Assembly: GCA_030704615.1 (NCBI GenBank)
Contig: CM060731.1
Location: 8,060,001-8,124,000, forward strand
Length of the DNA stretch: 64,000 nucleotides
Direction: 5' to 3'
Source of the DNA: Takakia lepidozioides
Taxonomy: Eukaryota > Plantae > Bryophyta
Both the position numbers and the translations under genes were made by a program. Numbering within the stretch: position 1 is the stretch's first letter; each line of letters starts with the position of its first letter. Below are positions 50,566 through 64,000 of this stretch, in pieces. The notes under the pieces are model-generated. The model made no database searches. It saw nothing but the letters and a program-made list of their open reading frames with translations, and had not been told where the DNA came from.

Positions 50566-53500
50566 TTACAAGAAAAAAGCAACAGATGATCCGTCAACAG
50601 ACACGGCATCCTCCAGCGTTGGGGGTGCATTGGCCACAAATGGATGCTCCAAGAGCTCTGATGCTGTTGGTCGTTCCTCAGGCTTCACACGTAAACACAG
50701 AGAAATGAAGTCCTTAGCTTCAAGGCTCAGATGTTCAGGGATTGGAGGGGCCTCCCCCTTCGTCAACTTGAAGATGAAACGGTACTGCACAACCACAACC
50801 AATTGGCCTTGAAGGGATGGAGAGAGCAGAGGAATGGTGTGCGAGGGTTGAGAGAAAAAGAAATAAACTTTTAAGAGAAATCCTGACGCTGACTGAGTGA
50901 TTCCAAATCTCACTTACTATGAAGACTCCACAAGATTGCATACAGCAGGATGTTTTGATCATGTACTGAATCATTTGGCAACAACCAGTCACTCAATAAT
51001 GGAATAGCTTGCTTCCAACAAATTTGTTTGAGCGCTTGGAAATAGTGAAGGCTCACTGATTTCAAGTCACTCCAAGGGGGTTTGCCCTCCGCCATCTCAA
51101 GCAGTGTGCACCCTAGGCTCCAGATGTCCACCTCCACACCATAGGCTCTGTTGTCCTTGGCTTTTGTCCACACCTGCAACATGTTCACATAAAGATGGTA
51201 AGAGGAATAAAAAAGGAAGAGGTTGTGAAATACGGAGAATACAACAGGAGGGAGCCTATGGTGTGGAGCCACAAGAAGCCAAATGGGCCCATTGGACACA
51301 GTAGAACAACAAAGGAGGGAAGAAACAAGAAACACTACAACATCTATCGGGCCTCTCAAGGGCCAATGAATGAAATGAAACAACAAGAACCACATCAAGG
51401 CTGCCCCAAGAGAGGGAAATGAATTGAAATGAAATGGTACGTTATTATGTCCGTGAGAAGCTCAAAGAGCTTATGGGACGAGGAAGAAAGAAAGAAGAGA
51501 GAGGAAGCGCCACCAAGCACCACCAAGCATTTCTGATCCTCATAATGAAGACCTCTGTGAGAGATTGATTATCCCAGAATAGACATTTGATTCTCCCACG
51601 GATCTCATACTGAGAAAGGAGAGAAAAAGAGAAGAGAAAAGAGAAAAGAGAAGAAGGACATGCATCTACTAAACCTGACTCACATTCACTAGATGGTTGC
51701 AACAGAATTCATATCCTTGTCCAAGCAACAAGCAGACACTGACCTCAGGCGCCATGTAGTACGGAGTACCCTTAAATGAAGTAGCAAATATGTCTATCTG
51801 CACAAGAGAGAAACAGCTTGTTGTCAAGCTCTAGCATCCTACAAATCCATGAGGCGAAACGTACACTCGTAACATTGCCAAGAGATGGGATTTTGCCAGG
51901 TATTGGCTTGGCATACAGCATTAACGCCAACAAATAGGAGTGTGCAGTTTCCAGACATGGCATCCATAAATAATCTCCTACGCAGTTGTAAGGAAAGAGC
52001 TCAAGCTTGACATTATCTCAGAGCTGCATCAAGTCACGAAAGCCAACAATGCCTAGAATGGAGAGAGTGTATTATAAACGACATATACACCTTATCCTTT
52101 GACCCAAGTATGCCATCCTATAGGGATTTGTAGGAAGCAAGAGTAACACGGTTCTAGTACCTGCTTGGCCAATCCAAAGTCAGCGAGCTTGACTTGGCCA
52201 TTGGAGTCTACAAGAATGTTGGCACATTTGATGTCCCTGTATACCAACCCAACCAAAATCTACTCAATTCACTTCTGCAAGAGTCTCTCTCTCTCTCTCT
52301 CTCTCTCTCTAGAGGAAATTTAGGAGCCCGAACAAATTGTTTATACTAAGGTAAGTCGTACTACTGGAGTGAGCCCCTCACAAAGATAGTGTCTGTTACC
52401 TCTTGTTCCACCCAAACTGAACACATGGTCTATGGCCACAAAGCTATAACAAACAACGTCTCAGGAGTACATCCTCTCTGTCTGTCTTTCTCTGCCACAA
52501 GGCTACGGCAAACAACGTCTTATGAGTACATTCTCTCTCTCTCGTAACATAAGCTCTATGAGCTTTCCGCAGAAGTTATAAGCACCATTTCATTCCATTT
52601 GCCTCTCTCTCTCTCTGTCTCCATAAGGCCCCAAACTGGGCACAGGTTCTGTGGCCACAAGGCTCCGGCAAACAAAGTCCCATGATTACATTCTCTCCAC
52701 AAGGCTACAGCAAACAACGTCGTATGAGCAGATTCTCTCTATCTCTCTCGCTCATATTTTGAGAACCAAGTTAAGCATAAAACTTCCCTGAACTTGTTTC
52801 CAGTTTGTGACATGGGTGAGGACCTTTAAGGATGATCCGAAGGGCCTACCTACCCATGGTACTAGACTGAAATTTAAACTCGGGGGGGGGGAGTCTACCT
52901 TTCAACAACAAACAGATGCAGAGAGGAAAGGGAGATTGCCCATGCCCCATGTGCGGGTGGCCTGAAAGACAATATCCATTTTCTGATACAATGTCTGGGG
53001 TATTCTCATGAGAAAGCGACCTCTTCAGAACCATCAAGAACATAGTCCCTGCACCTCTGTTCACCAAACTTCAAAATCTCAAGGCTGAGCCTAAAGCCCT
53101 GGCCCTGTCGGGTTCTAATTGCTACAGAGTGAGCCCTCTTGTTCTTCCCTCTTGTTCCGCCCAAATGGGGCGGAACGCCTATGGCTCATGAGTACATTCT
53201 CATGTTTCGGGTCCTATAGGCCCTTCAGCCTTTGTCTGCAATGAACATTTTTTCGCCTTCTTTCTTTCACTCAAATTCAACTAAAACAGCTACCTCCTGC
53301 AATCTTGTTATCTTCAGGAGCCGAAGGGTCAGAAGACCATGACAAGGGACAGACGGCAGCAACAGAAAAATGCCGATGTGAATATGGTATAACCAGCTAG
53401 AACACCATTGACAAGAGCCTGGCAATCACAATTGATCTTGTAGACATGCAAGTCTTGTTACTAGCAGTCAACAAATATTATCTCCCAAGTTCATTTGCAT

Positions 53501-56500
53501 GTCTCCAAGGTCTAATCCCCTATTCTTGGGAGGGAAAAACAAACTTAAGTTACAACAGCAGAAGAGAGGAACCTGTGGACGGTCTTCTTTCCATGCAAGT
53601 ACTCGAGACCTTTGAGGATTTGTCGAGTGTATATACTGATCAAAACTTCCTCAAAGCGACCATACTTTTTGATTATGGACTGAAGCGATCCCATCTTCAC
53701 AAACTCTAGAAAAATACACAAACACCCGTCCTCCTGGACCAGCCCACATGGAAGATGGTTTAACACGGGGCTACCACACAACATAGAACAAGACACCCTG
53801 GTGTACCGCTAAAGCCCAAATCCTAAACTCTTTTGTGCTTTCTCTCCACCTTAGGAATCATTTTCGTGCATGCACAAATACAACCAAACTTGCTAGACTT
53901 AGTGCAGATTCTCATTTCTAAGTCTTTGACAAGCATGCATAACAGATCGGAAATGTAACATACCAGGGTGGTGCCATAGTATTGGACAATATTCGGATGT
54001 CTGAGCCTGCTCAACATTGTTACCTCCTGAAGGTCAAAACCACCACACTCATTTATAATTGGCTTACTGCATAGCGAACATAATAGGGTGTTGCTTTTGT
54101 TTCTTGCTGCAGATTAGAGGTGGGTGGAAGAGGGGTTGACAAGTTAACTATCGTTATCAATTACAAAAGCAATATAAACCATGAAGACATTGTAGCCTGT
54201 CCGAAGGTGTCAAGCAAACAACTACACATTGAGTTCAGAAGATTTTAAAGCACTGGAAGGTCTGTTAAGCCAAAGATATCAGTACCATCATTGTAATGGC
54301 CACAAGAGAAGGAAGAACAGTGACCCACTTATGCCCTTGTGGAATTGATAAAATCTATGGACCAAGCTTTGTCCTTCAAACATACATTTTTAACATCATG
54401 GCATTCCAACATTCATTAATTGCAGTGAGTTCCAGCCTACCTGTTGGATCTCAGGTGGAATAGTCTCATTGTCACAAACTTTCACAGCAAAGAAGCTCCC
54501 ATCCTCCCTGTGCCAGATCAACTCTTCAGAGCTCAGATCATAACGATGCAAACACGAGATCAGAGCAAGGGAGAGAGGCAGTGAGAGGAAAAAGGAACAA
54601 AGAGGAAGACAGAGGAGCCGCAATTGAGCAAGGCTGGAGAAAGAAGAGAGAGCAAAAGAATGAATTTCCTTATGTCTCACAGGCCCAAGGGGAGAGAGTG
54701 AAAAAGAGCACTCACATATTACAAGCTTCATAGACTGTTCCAGATGAGCCTCTCCCCAAAACCTGACCCTTGCGCCACTTCCTGGGTGGCATATGTGGCG
54801 GGGACCGTGGGGGTGAATGGTGGGGTGTTCGGAGAGGGGACCTATTGGGAGATATCTGAGCAGATCTCTGTGGAGATCTTTGAGAGGCTCTAAGGGGTGA
54901 ATCCTGTGGGGAATGGTGATGAGAACAATGGGGGGACGGGAAGCGAGAGGGACTGAAATAAGCCGCGTCCAGCACTTGATCAGATGCTCTCAACTGGTCA
55001 TTGTGCTTCAAGTCTAAATGCATCGGCTGTGTCCCTCCCCTGATCAAAGAGAGAGGACGGTGCAAGGGGGAGGTTAGTGGAGTGGACAAACGCTGAGAAG
55101 GAACTGACGCCCCTGTTGCAGATCTAATGGACTGGGGCTGCTCCCTGTGGTCAGGAGGGGGGGTGGGGAGTGGGTGTGCCTCTGTGAACGGGCTAATCTG
55201 TAAGGATCCTCTAGGGCTTCTCTGAGGGGTTGATGAGCCTGATCGGTCAATGGGGCTGACTCTTGCAGTTGATGATTCAGTGCGAGGACTAAATTGCGAG
55301 GTGGATGCTGGAGAATGGCTCTCAGAGACATCTTCTGCATGTCTCAGTGTCCATGCTGGTGGCTCTGACTGATGACCCTGCAGCAGCACCCCTCCATCTG
55401 CAGTAATTCATTGATCAAAGTAATCAGCAAGTACATTAACCAAAAACTACCATGACATAATAGGGAAGACAGCTTCTCCCTCACTCTTCTTTCTTTGCAA
55501 AGGAAAGACGATGCTTTGGTCAGAGGCTCAGTCTTCAACAGAGTGATTCCTGAGCTTATCCAATTGGCCCATGTCACTTTCCAAATGTGAATATCAACTG
55601 AAGCCTCGAAAGACAAAAGCAGCACCGCACTCAACATTGAAGTCAATAGAAGTTGGTAGTCATTGGGAATTAGAATGATTGTAATCCCACATAAATATAG
55701 CAAAGGCTACATGAGTTTACTATGCCCACAGGAGGGCTGAACCCAAGGGACAAATAACCAAACCAACCAACTATGGAACTACTGAAGCAAAGCGAAGGAA
55801 TTATTGGAAGGGAGGGACAGAGTTTACATGAGGCTGTGCGTTGGACTGCCAGTGACACTGTTAAGAGGAAAGTTTGAAAGGCTATGATTACCACAGGGCC
55901 TCTGACAGCCAATGGGACGAAGTAGAAAAGTAGAAAGAGAAGAAAAAATTTATAATCTCCAGAGAGGGCCACAAGGGCTCATGGGGATAGAGACACTATT
56001 CTCCTTATATCTCTGTCTTTTGAGACTCTAACGACACCTGGACCTTGCTCACCAATTGCATAATAAAACTTTTTCCCATTTCTTCTCCCTCTCTCTTTCT
56101 CCTAACAGTCACCGGAGCTAACTCACCAATTCCGTGGGAAGTTCGAGAGATTCCAAGAATTGGCAAAGCCTGACCCGGTTTGCGGGTGTCAGACCTTCTT
56201 TGTGAGGTAGCTAGACCTGGGAAGGCCTGCGATGCAGCTCCCTCACTGGTAAATGGTGAATCACAAGAGAAAGCCTGCCCTGGACACCCACCCAAGCCTC
56301 TTTCCAAGAACCCTGAATCTGAGGCAGATGAGGGCGTGCTTACGAATGGAGTTTTGCACACGGTGAGTTCCAGCTTCGATACATGTTGCTTCATATAATA
56401 CATGATTTTAGCCTCCTCCTTCTCATCAGCACCCAGGACCTGCAGCAATACCACCAAAGGCTTAAAACACTGATGACCAATGCTAACTCAAGCTCAGCTA

Positions 56501-57066
56501 AAACTAGAAAGGTGCAGTCACAAAAAAAGCTATGTTGTTATAAGTGGTACTGTGCGTCCCATGGGCCCTTAGGGCTTCCCGGCGAGGTCTTAAACTTCTT
56601 CTCTCACACACATAACGTTTCAATCTTACATTTGTTTTTCTGATTTTGTAAACTGCTTGATTATAAGCCTCAACTCCCTCATCAGATACTGTTATTCTTA
56701 TCTGATCTACTTTCTTCACACTCGCACATACAGCCAGGTTCAAAATATCTCCTGTGGCCTGAAGCCACTTGTTAGTCTCAACATCGCTTCAAAAAGAGCA
56801 TATTTTTGTCACGCACAACAGGCCATACGAACCTCAAGTATCTTGGGAGAGAGCAAAGAGGTCCCGTTATATGATCCACCGTTTCCAGTAGGACAGTGTG
56901 CAGATTCATCAGTTGGAGAGTGCGCAGATCCAGTTCCACACAGAGAAAACACCCCCTCTGGTGCAAGATGAAAACCTCCAAATTCGGAGGAGGCTTGGGA
57001 CAGAGACGACCGGGAGGTTCCATTCGTGCCTATCACCTTCTTTTTAATATTCTCAAAAATCTTCAT
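50566..57066 (-). CDS. MEKK-subfamily MAP kinase kinase kinase (at least 715 aa; 3' end unresolved)
   Basis: Phase-consistent GT-AG exons 57066-56833, 56758-56630, 56439-56038, 55377-54716, 54507-54441, 54026-53964, 53733-53573, 52236-52161, 51797-51744, 51173-51057 and 50784-50605. Kinase motifs [64 protein letters not shown] (MEKK signature), DIWSLGCT and HPFV. The last exon either reads to the stop at 50566 or splices to further exons near 50300-49490. The three N-terminal exons are less certain than the kinase exons. Confidence 0.93.
52431..52742. repeat. Degenerate intronic repeat (about 45 bp, 4 copies) beside a (CT)n tract at about 52284-52310
   Basis: CCACAAGGCTACGGCAAACAACGTC..ATGAGTACATTCTCT-like units at about 52435, 52495, 52655 and 52697. 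Confidence 0.75.
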
Positions 57067-58904
57067 TTTCTACCCAGAATCTAATACGAATTTGTTCCAA
57101 AACTATACTGGTATTGGTTGATGTCCTAGACCGGATCACCTGGCTTTCTCTCTTCGAAAAACTCACCTTCTTTGTCTAGGATTATGTACTCTCTCAACTA
57201 CGTTACTGCCAATTAAATTTCTTTCATACTAAATCCTTGTGGATGCAGCATTGCTCTTCCATCCAAGGAGGAAATGATACCATCATCTCACAATCACTCT
57301 GATCACTCGGCACATATCGTGGAGTCCAAAGCAGATTTAATAAACTAAAACCGAGACCAAGTTCACCCGACAGCCAATTCCACAGCTCCCTAAAATATTG
57401 TCTGCCTTGCCTCCTTCGCCTCACTGCAACATATGTTCCGCCCCCGACGCCCTCGTTGATCCCTAACGCAAATCCTAGCACATGGTCCCCGTCCGCCACC
57501 CCTCCCCCTCCCCCTCCCCCTCCCCCTCGACACCCTCTGCCCCTTCACCCCCGCTTCTCACATCTCACCTCCCGTCGCTTCTCTTTCATTCTTTATACAT
57601 GTGTCTCTTCCTTCCACGCAAATCCTCCCTCTCATTTCATTTTCCCATCCAAGAATGCGAATGCAGCTCTCAGGAAACAGAAGCGAGCCTTCCCGGATTG
57701 ACTCCGCAAGTTCCACTCTAAGTTTAGGTTAACATATATCTGCCTGCTTCAAAATATGCTGCCAGCTGGAGGGAGAGCACTAGTGTCCCGATCCGCTGGG
57801 ATGGCCCACCAACACCGCCACGAGGCTCTCTCGACCACCGCTGCTAGCGTCGGCTCACGTCTGTGTTTTGTTTTGTGTTGCGCTGCTCTGTGTTGCTGTT
57901 GGTGCCGTGTGCGTCATACCGACAGACGGCCAAGCGAGTCTGTGTTCACGCTTTTTGCTTGGGGAAATGCAATAGAAACAGGGAGCGTGGAAAGTATAGG
58001 CACCTCCGGGACCGTGAAGCTTACCATGGGGCAACTTCCCCGCCACGAGCTCCACACCAAGAGTTAAAGAGCATGACCTAATTTGATCGAAAAAGCCACT
58101 CTTTTCTTTTCTTTCTTTTTTAATTTTTAGAGAACAGGGGACAGTGTCCCGGATAAATATTGAACGGTAAGGAAACAATTACCGTACAAAGAGCCATGAA
58201 GGCAGAGTAATGAGGCACCACTCCGAACCAGGAACGCCACTCTCAGTCTAGTCTGTTGCGCTGATTTTTTTATTGTTTTTTAGAGGTCAGGGACAGTGGC
58301 CCTGGTAAATTCTAGCGACGACCTAAGGTTGGAAGCTAGTTTAGCGTAGAGCAGGAATAGGGTGCCATAGTGCCACGTCATCATTGCCATGTCATCATAG
58401 ACACGTCATCGTCATCGTCAATTTCTTTGGAATCTGCCCGGACTGCCCGCCCGAAATATGCCAATAGCAATCGCCGCGTCAACTTTTTCGGAACTGCCCG
58501 CAATGCCCGGATCTTGATCTTCTTGAACTGCAGGAGCTCTGCATTTTCCGCCATCGTTCACCTTGCAAGCTGCAAGCTCTCAACGAATTGAGGAAATCCA
58601 TGCTGAGGTAGATTGTCTTGGCAGATGAAGGATCAAGCATATAAATGTCTTAATGTGGCTTTCGATATTGGGTGAGCGAGTGAGGGTTGTAAAGTTCAAC
58701 AACTGGATGGTGAACGCTATGGAGAAGTGTAGTGGAGGGGATCTGTCATGGAGAAGGTATTTACTGAAGTTGAGGTCTTGTGGATAGAACTCACATTGAA
58801 GTGAGAAAAGAAAAGTTGAAATTTGAACAGAACTGTTTGACTCTGATTGCAATGGCCTTCATTTCAGAGTTGGTTTGAAGTCAAGTTTGACATAGGCTGT
58901 CGGG

Positions 58905-60645
58905 GTGCGGGATGGAGGCTTTGGAGACCTATGAGCAAATGATGGGGGAAGGGATGAAGCCCGACCACATCACGTTTGTATGTGTTTGCAGTGCGTGTGC
59001 TGGAAAAGGGCAAAGAGGTGCATGGTTGCATCGCTAAAGCTGGAATTGTACATACTAAACCATACCCTCGTGGACATGTATGCCAAATGTGGGAGCATTG
59101 AGGATGCGGAGGGAGTGTTCAACAATATGCCTGAACGACGTCGCGTGACAGGTGGTGTGCTTGAAGTGTTCGAGATTCAACAATGCTTGCTAGAGGAAGA
59201 GTTGTCATGCATCTCTATTCAAAAACAATGTAGTGAGGGCACCTTCTTCTTAGACCCTATATCAGCCTGTTTTGCCCTCTCATCAGACTCCGCCCTGAGA
59301 TGCATATTGAATTTTGTTAGTTAGCTCGTTAGCTCGGAGCAGGGATAGAGTGTGGGTCCAGATTCATCCAAGAGGCCAGATTTCAAGCACAAGAGTACCT
59401 GTGATTCCATGTGGATCGATAGCTACAAGAAACCTGCATGGATAGATGGTCAACTGGAAGCCGCAGAAGCAGCGGCACAATTGATAAAATCAAGCATTGC
59501 TAATCAAGGCACCTTCTTCAACACATTTCACCCAATTTTTCCCTCACAACAGGAAAGCAGCCAAAAACAGGTAACAGAGATGAGGAGAAGCTGTGGAATG
59601 AATACTTTTCTGACCACATAACGTTTGTGTGCGTATGCAAGCCTGGCAGCCCTGGAAAATGGCAAAGAGGTCCATGGTTGCATCGTCAAAGCTGGAAATG
59701 TACCAAATGTAATTCTGAACAATACCCTTGTGGACATGTATGCCAAATGTGGAGGGAGTGTTCAACAATATGGCTGAATCTGCCTGTTTTGCCCTCTCAT
59801 CAGACTCGGCCCTGAGATGCATATTGAATTCTGTAAGTTAGCTCGTTGGGTGTATCTGTGGTGGTTAGGAGTGACTTTGACAAGTTACTGCCGATGTGGC
59901 AGCAGGAAAGTATCCAAAAACAGATAACATAGATGAGGAGAAGCTTGTTGACGTTTGTTTGCATTTGCAATGTGTGTGCAAGCATGGCAGCCCTGGAAAG
60001 GTGCAATGAGGTCCATGGTAACATCGTCAAAGCTGATTTGTACCAGATGTCATCCTAAACACAGCCCTGCTGGACATGTATGTCAAATGTAAGTGCATCG
60101 AGGATGCAAAGGGAGTTTTCGACAGTATGGCTGAAAGAAATGTGGTGTCGTGGAGGGCGATGATGGCAGGATATGCACAGCAAGGGGCAGGATGGAGGCT
60201 TCGGAGACCTATGAGCAAATGATGGGGGAAGAGGTGAGCCCAACATTTGTTTGCATTTGCAATGCGTGTGCAAGCCTGGCAGCTCTGGAAAGGTGCAAAG
60301 TGGTCCATGGTGACATCGTCACATCTGGAATTGCACCCAATGTCATTCTGAACACTGCCCTGCTGGACATGTATGTCAAATGTGAGTGCATCGAGTGTGT
60401 GCATTTGCAATGCGTGTGCAAGCCTGGCAGCTTTGGAAATGTGCAGTGAGGTCCATGCATGTGACATCATCAAAGCTGGATTTGTACCAGATGTCATCCT
60501 GAACACTACCCTGCTGGACATGTATGTCAAATGTGAGTGCATCGAGGATGCAAAGGGAGTGTTCGACAGTATGGCTGAAAGAAATGTGGTGTCGTGGAGT
60601 GCGATGATTGCAGGATTTGCACAGTAAGGGGCGGGATGGAGGCTT
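58905..60645 (+). pseudogene. Fragmented PLS-class PPR repeats
   Basis: Repeated TFVCICNACASLAALE...VHGDIV..G..PNVILNTALLDMYVKC..IEDAKGVFDSMAERNVVSWSAMIAG motifs with deletions, frameshifts, a stop (about 60625) and interleaved non-PPR sequence. Confidence 0.9.
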
Positions 60646-62574
60646 CACTACAACAGATGAGTGTTTTTATGACTGCAAATATGACTATTTTTTCAGTCCT
60701 ATATGCGTTCATGACTACATCACTCTATAGTGAAAAAAACCCTATCATAGCGACTAGTCTTTAGGACTGCATTTTGCAAGTCATAGCCGTGACTGCGTGC
60801 GTGGCACCTGGAGTCATGCATAAGAGAGTGATGTAGTTACAACTCTATGACTTACATACGACTAACTATATGACTACATTGTCTGATGAGCGTTACCTAC
60901 ATGGAGAGGGTTTAGATGAACACGTGCACCACTGCGCAAGCGACACGTCACGATACCTGTTGCACTTCAGATGTGACATGTGGCACTTAGACATAATATA
61001 TGACTAGCATATATGGCAGGGTTTATGCCACGTGTCATCAAGAATGTCTCTGAAAATAATTTAATAGTTATATTTGTAATTTTAAATTCTTAAATTTATA
61101 TTTTATTTTTGAAAACAGGGGATAGCAGCTTGGAATTTTTTATTAAATGGTATTATTGTTTAATTTAATAATGTTATATAAAATAAAAATAGATTAAATG
61201 ATTTAAATTCTTCATTATGTGGTGAAATTCTGATATAAAAACAGAATGGACCCCTCTTGCATACTAGCAACCACAAAGACATTCAAATAGACAAGTACAG
61301 GGAAATACACGCCCTGTAAATTATATTACAAAAATCCAAATGAGACCAATGTCCCAATGGACACCTCAAAGGCCACAAGGTCCAAAAATCCATGCCTGAA
61401 AAGTCCAGTAAGCAAAAAATAAGCAAGCCCACACATGGGCTGAATTGTTGTAATACTAGTTTGTTCTGGTGCTACTAGAATCAAGGACCCTGTTAAACAG
61501 TGCAATACTTACGGCCGATTTGATAAGAGGGAGAAACAGGGTGAAATGTGTTGAAGAAGGTGCCTTCATTAACAGTGCCTGATTTGATCAATTGTGCCGC
61601 TGCTGCTGCGGCTTCCAGTTGACCATCTACCCATGCAGGTTTCTTGTACCTATCCTTCCACAGGGAATCATAGGTAATATGGAGCTTGAAATCCGGCCCT
61701 CTTGGATGAATGTGGACCCACACATCTATCTCTGCTCCTTCAGCTATCCATGCCCCTGCACAAAATCATGCATATATCCTCGCATTGCTGCTAGCAGCTG
61801 ACAATGACAGCCAACTTCTATGACCCAAACCCAGAGTGAGCACAATGGCTTTGTAAGGCCAATGCCTACAGGGCATATTCAATACTACAATGACGATACG
61901 CAAGCAGCAGATACCATGTGCAAATAAAAAAACAATAAAGGTGGTGAAAGTGCGCAACCTGCCAAAGAGAGGGCGGAGTTGAGGAAGGATGAAGCAACTA
62001 CAGACATTGCGAAATGCTCTGGTGCGGGCAGAAGGGAAGACCCAGGCCCTGTCGGGGTTCAGCTGGCAAAAGAACAAGCTGCTGACAGCAACAACATGGA
62101 AGCAGAGTGGATACAAGTTGATTTTGACAAACCTGAGTCCATCAGACAAGGCATTAGAAGGCCCAAACAAAGAACACTGTCTAAAATATGTAATAACATG
62201 AGACACAGTCGTCACACACTAACCCAACATGGGTCTTGGCGAACTTTCAGCAAAGCTGAAACAATCACAGAAGCAAAAAAAGGGGCAGGACCTCAAGGGA
62301 AGATGTATAGAGTATCTTTTGCATTGATCAATGAGTACGTGGAAGAAGGAGAAGCTTACCCATTGCCAAGCACGGAGTACATGATGCAACCAACAGCACA
62401 AATATCATGTCAGTTCACTCATAATGAGCTGGAGGCACTGGATGAGTTGGACGAGATATACCATATAAGTGATCACACTCCAATAAGACTACAACAACAC
62501 CCCACATCAACATGTTGACACGGGGAAGTGCAAAGAAGGCCAAAATAGGGGATGGGATGCCTATTCTTGCTTGT
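60646..62574. mobile_element. CACTA (EnSpm) element, one clear end, inserted in the PPR array
   Basis: PPR sequence breaks at GGAGGCTT|CACTACAACAG, followed by many subterminal ATGACTA/ATGACTG repeats (60668-61010). PPR sequence resumes at about 62578. No intact TAGTG right end or 3-bp TSD was found, so the right boundary is approximate. Confidence 0.65.
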
Positions 62575-62577
62575 AGG

Positions 62578-63747
62578 GTATGCACAGCAGGGACGTGGGA
62601 TGGAGGCTTTGGAGACCTATGAGCAAATGATGTGCGACGGGTGAAGCCCGACCACATCACGTTTGTGTGCGTTTGCAGTGCGTGTGCAAGCCTGGCAGCC
62701 CTGGAAAAAGGCGAAGAGGTGCATGGCATCATTGTCAGAACTGGACTTGTACCAGATGTGATCCTGAACTCTGCCCTGGTGGACATGTATGCCAAATGTG
62801 GGTGCATGGAGGATGCAAAGGGAGTGTTCGACAATATAGTTGAATGAGATGTGATGTTGTGGAATGCAATGATCGCAGGATATGCACAGCATGGTTGTCA
62901 TAGGGAGGTCCTGCAACTATTTGAAGGAATGCAGAAGAACGGCTTGAAGCAGTATGTGTTCTCTATGCATGCAGCCACACTGGCCTTCTGAATGACGGTA
63001 GACGCTACTTCGATTCCCTGATTCAAGATCATGGTGTCACACAGTGTAGCACTTTGGCTGCATGGTGGACCTTCTTGGACGTGCGGGACAACTGGATGAG
63101 GCAGTGGACCTGATTAATAAAATGCCAATCAATCCAGATGTTGTGGTGTGGAAGGCCTTGTTTAGTGCCTGCAGAATCCATGACAATGTAGAGATGGCTC
63201 AATGTGCGGCAACATCTATCCTCAAGTGGAATGAACAAGATGCCACGACTTATGTTGCTATCAATCATCTATGATGCAGCTGGCAGGTGGGTTGATACTG
63301 TAAAGGTGAGAAGAATGATGAAGGTCAGAGGGGTTGAAAAGGAGCCAGGTCGCTGCTACATTGAGGTTTGCAACAGGGTGCACACCTTCGTTGTAGATGA
63401 CAAGTTGCATCCCAGAATTAAGGAAATCCATGTTGTGCTGAGAAGATTGTCTGGGAAGATGAAGGAGGCGGGGTATGTGCCTAACATGCACTTTGTATTG
63501 CATGATGTGGGGAGGATGAAAAGGATTTTTCTCTTTGCCACCACAGTGAGAAGCTGGCCATTGGTTTTGGGCTGATCAGCATGACCCCTAGGACGCCTCT
63601 CCGCCTCATCAAGAATCTTCGAGTGTGTGGTGACTGCCACACCTCCACCAAATTCATCTAAAGATTGTTGGCCGAGCAATTGTTGTACGGGACGCTAACC
63701 GCTTTCACCACTTTGAAGATGGGATTTGTTCTTGTGGTTACCGGTGA
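62578..63747 (+). pseudogene. PPR-E-DYW RNA-editing-factor pseudogene (C-terminal part)
   Basis: PDHITFVCVCSACASLAALEKG, MVDLLGRAGQLDEA, PDVVVWKALFSACRIH, PG box [35 protein letters not shown] and [19 protein letters not shown]. Premature TGA at 62846 and at least four frameshifts or deletions. Confidence 0.95.
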
Positions 63748-64000
63748 AAGGATGTCTTCTTGGAAAGATGCGAGTGTCTTGCTTCATTCATTGATCTGTG
63801 ACTTAGCTACTCACACCATCCACCATTTCCCGAAGTAGTATTGACCATGATGTACTGTTGAGTGCATTTCCTGTGCCATAAATCCACAGGAAATGATAGT
63901 GGGGTCTACCCGGCATAAGTCAGCCCATAATTGCACTTGACTAAAGGGGTGATTTTTGACTGATTCCGGTGACAGTGGATGGAAATCAGAGTGTTGTCCT

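Noticed and set aside
61979-62518. 179-aa plus-strand ORF as a host gene
   Set aside because: Non-ATG start, no recognisable domain, and it lies within the CACTA-associated insertion.

Overview
Nuclear DNA of a land plant. Gene content and a densely editable cox1 fragment suggest a non-seed or otherwise heavily RNA-editing lineage; the species cannot be named. Spliced genes reconstructed by hand: the 3' end of a MORC-type zf-CW gene (+), ZNF593/BUD20 (+, with a U12-type AT-AC first intron), a BZR/BES transcription factor (-), an ACT-domain-repeat (ACR) gene (-) and a MEKK-type MAP3K (-). Two PLS-class PPR pseudogene regions are present, one ending in a DYW domain. Mobile DNA includes a solo LTR, two hAT MITEs, a decayed DD35D pogo-type transposon nested in another inverted-repeat element, a 2.1-kb foldback-like element, a CACTA end and two tRNA-derived SINE families. 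The most unusual observations are (i) two diverged non-coding modules upstream of the BZR gene that share 17 short collinear motifs, possibly duplicated enhancers, (ii) the AT-AC intron, (iii) a 90-bp unedited cox1 NUMT in which six of seven amino-acid differences are fixable by C-to-U editing, and (iv) a PPR/CACTA mosaic. All calls come from reading the sequence; no database search was run.
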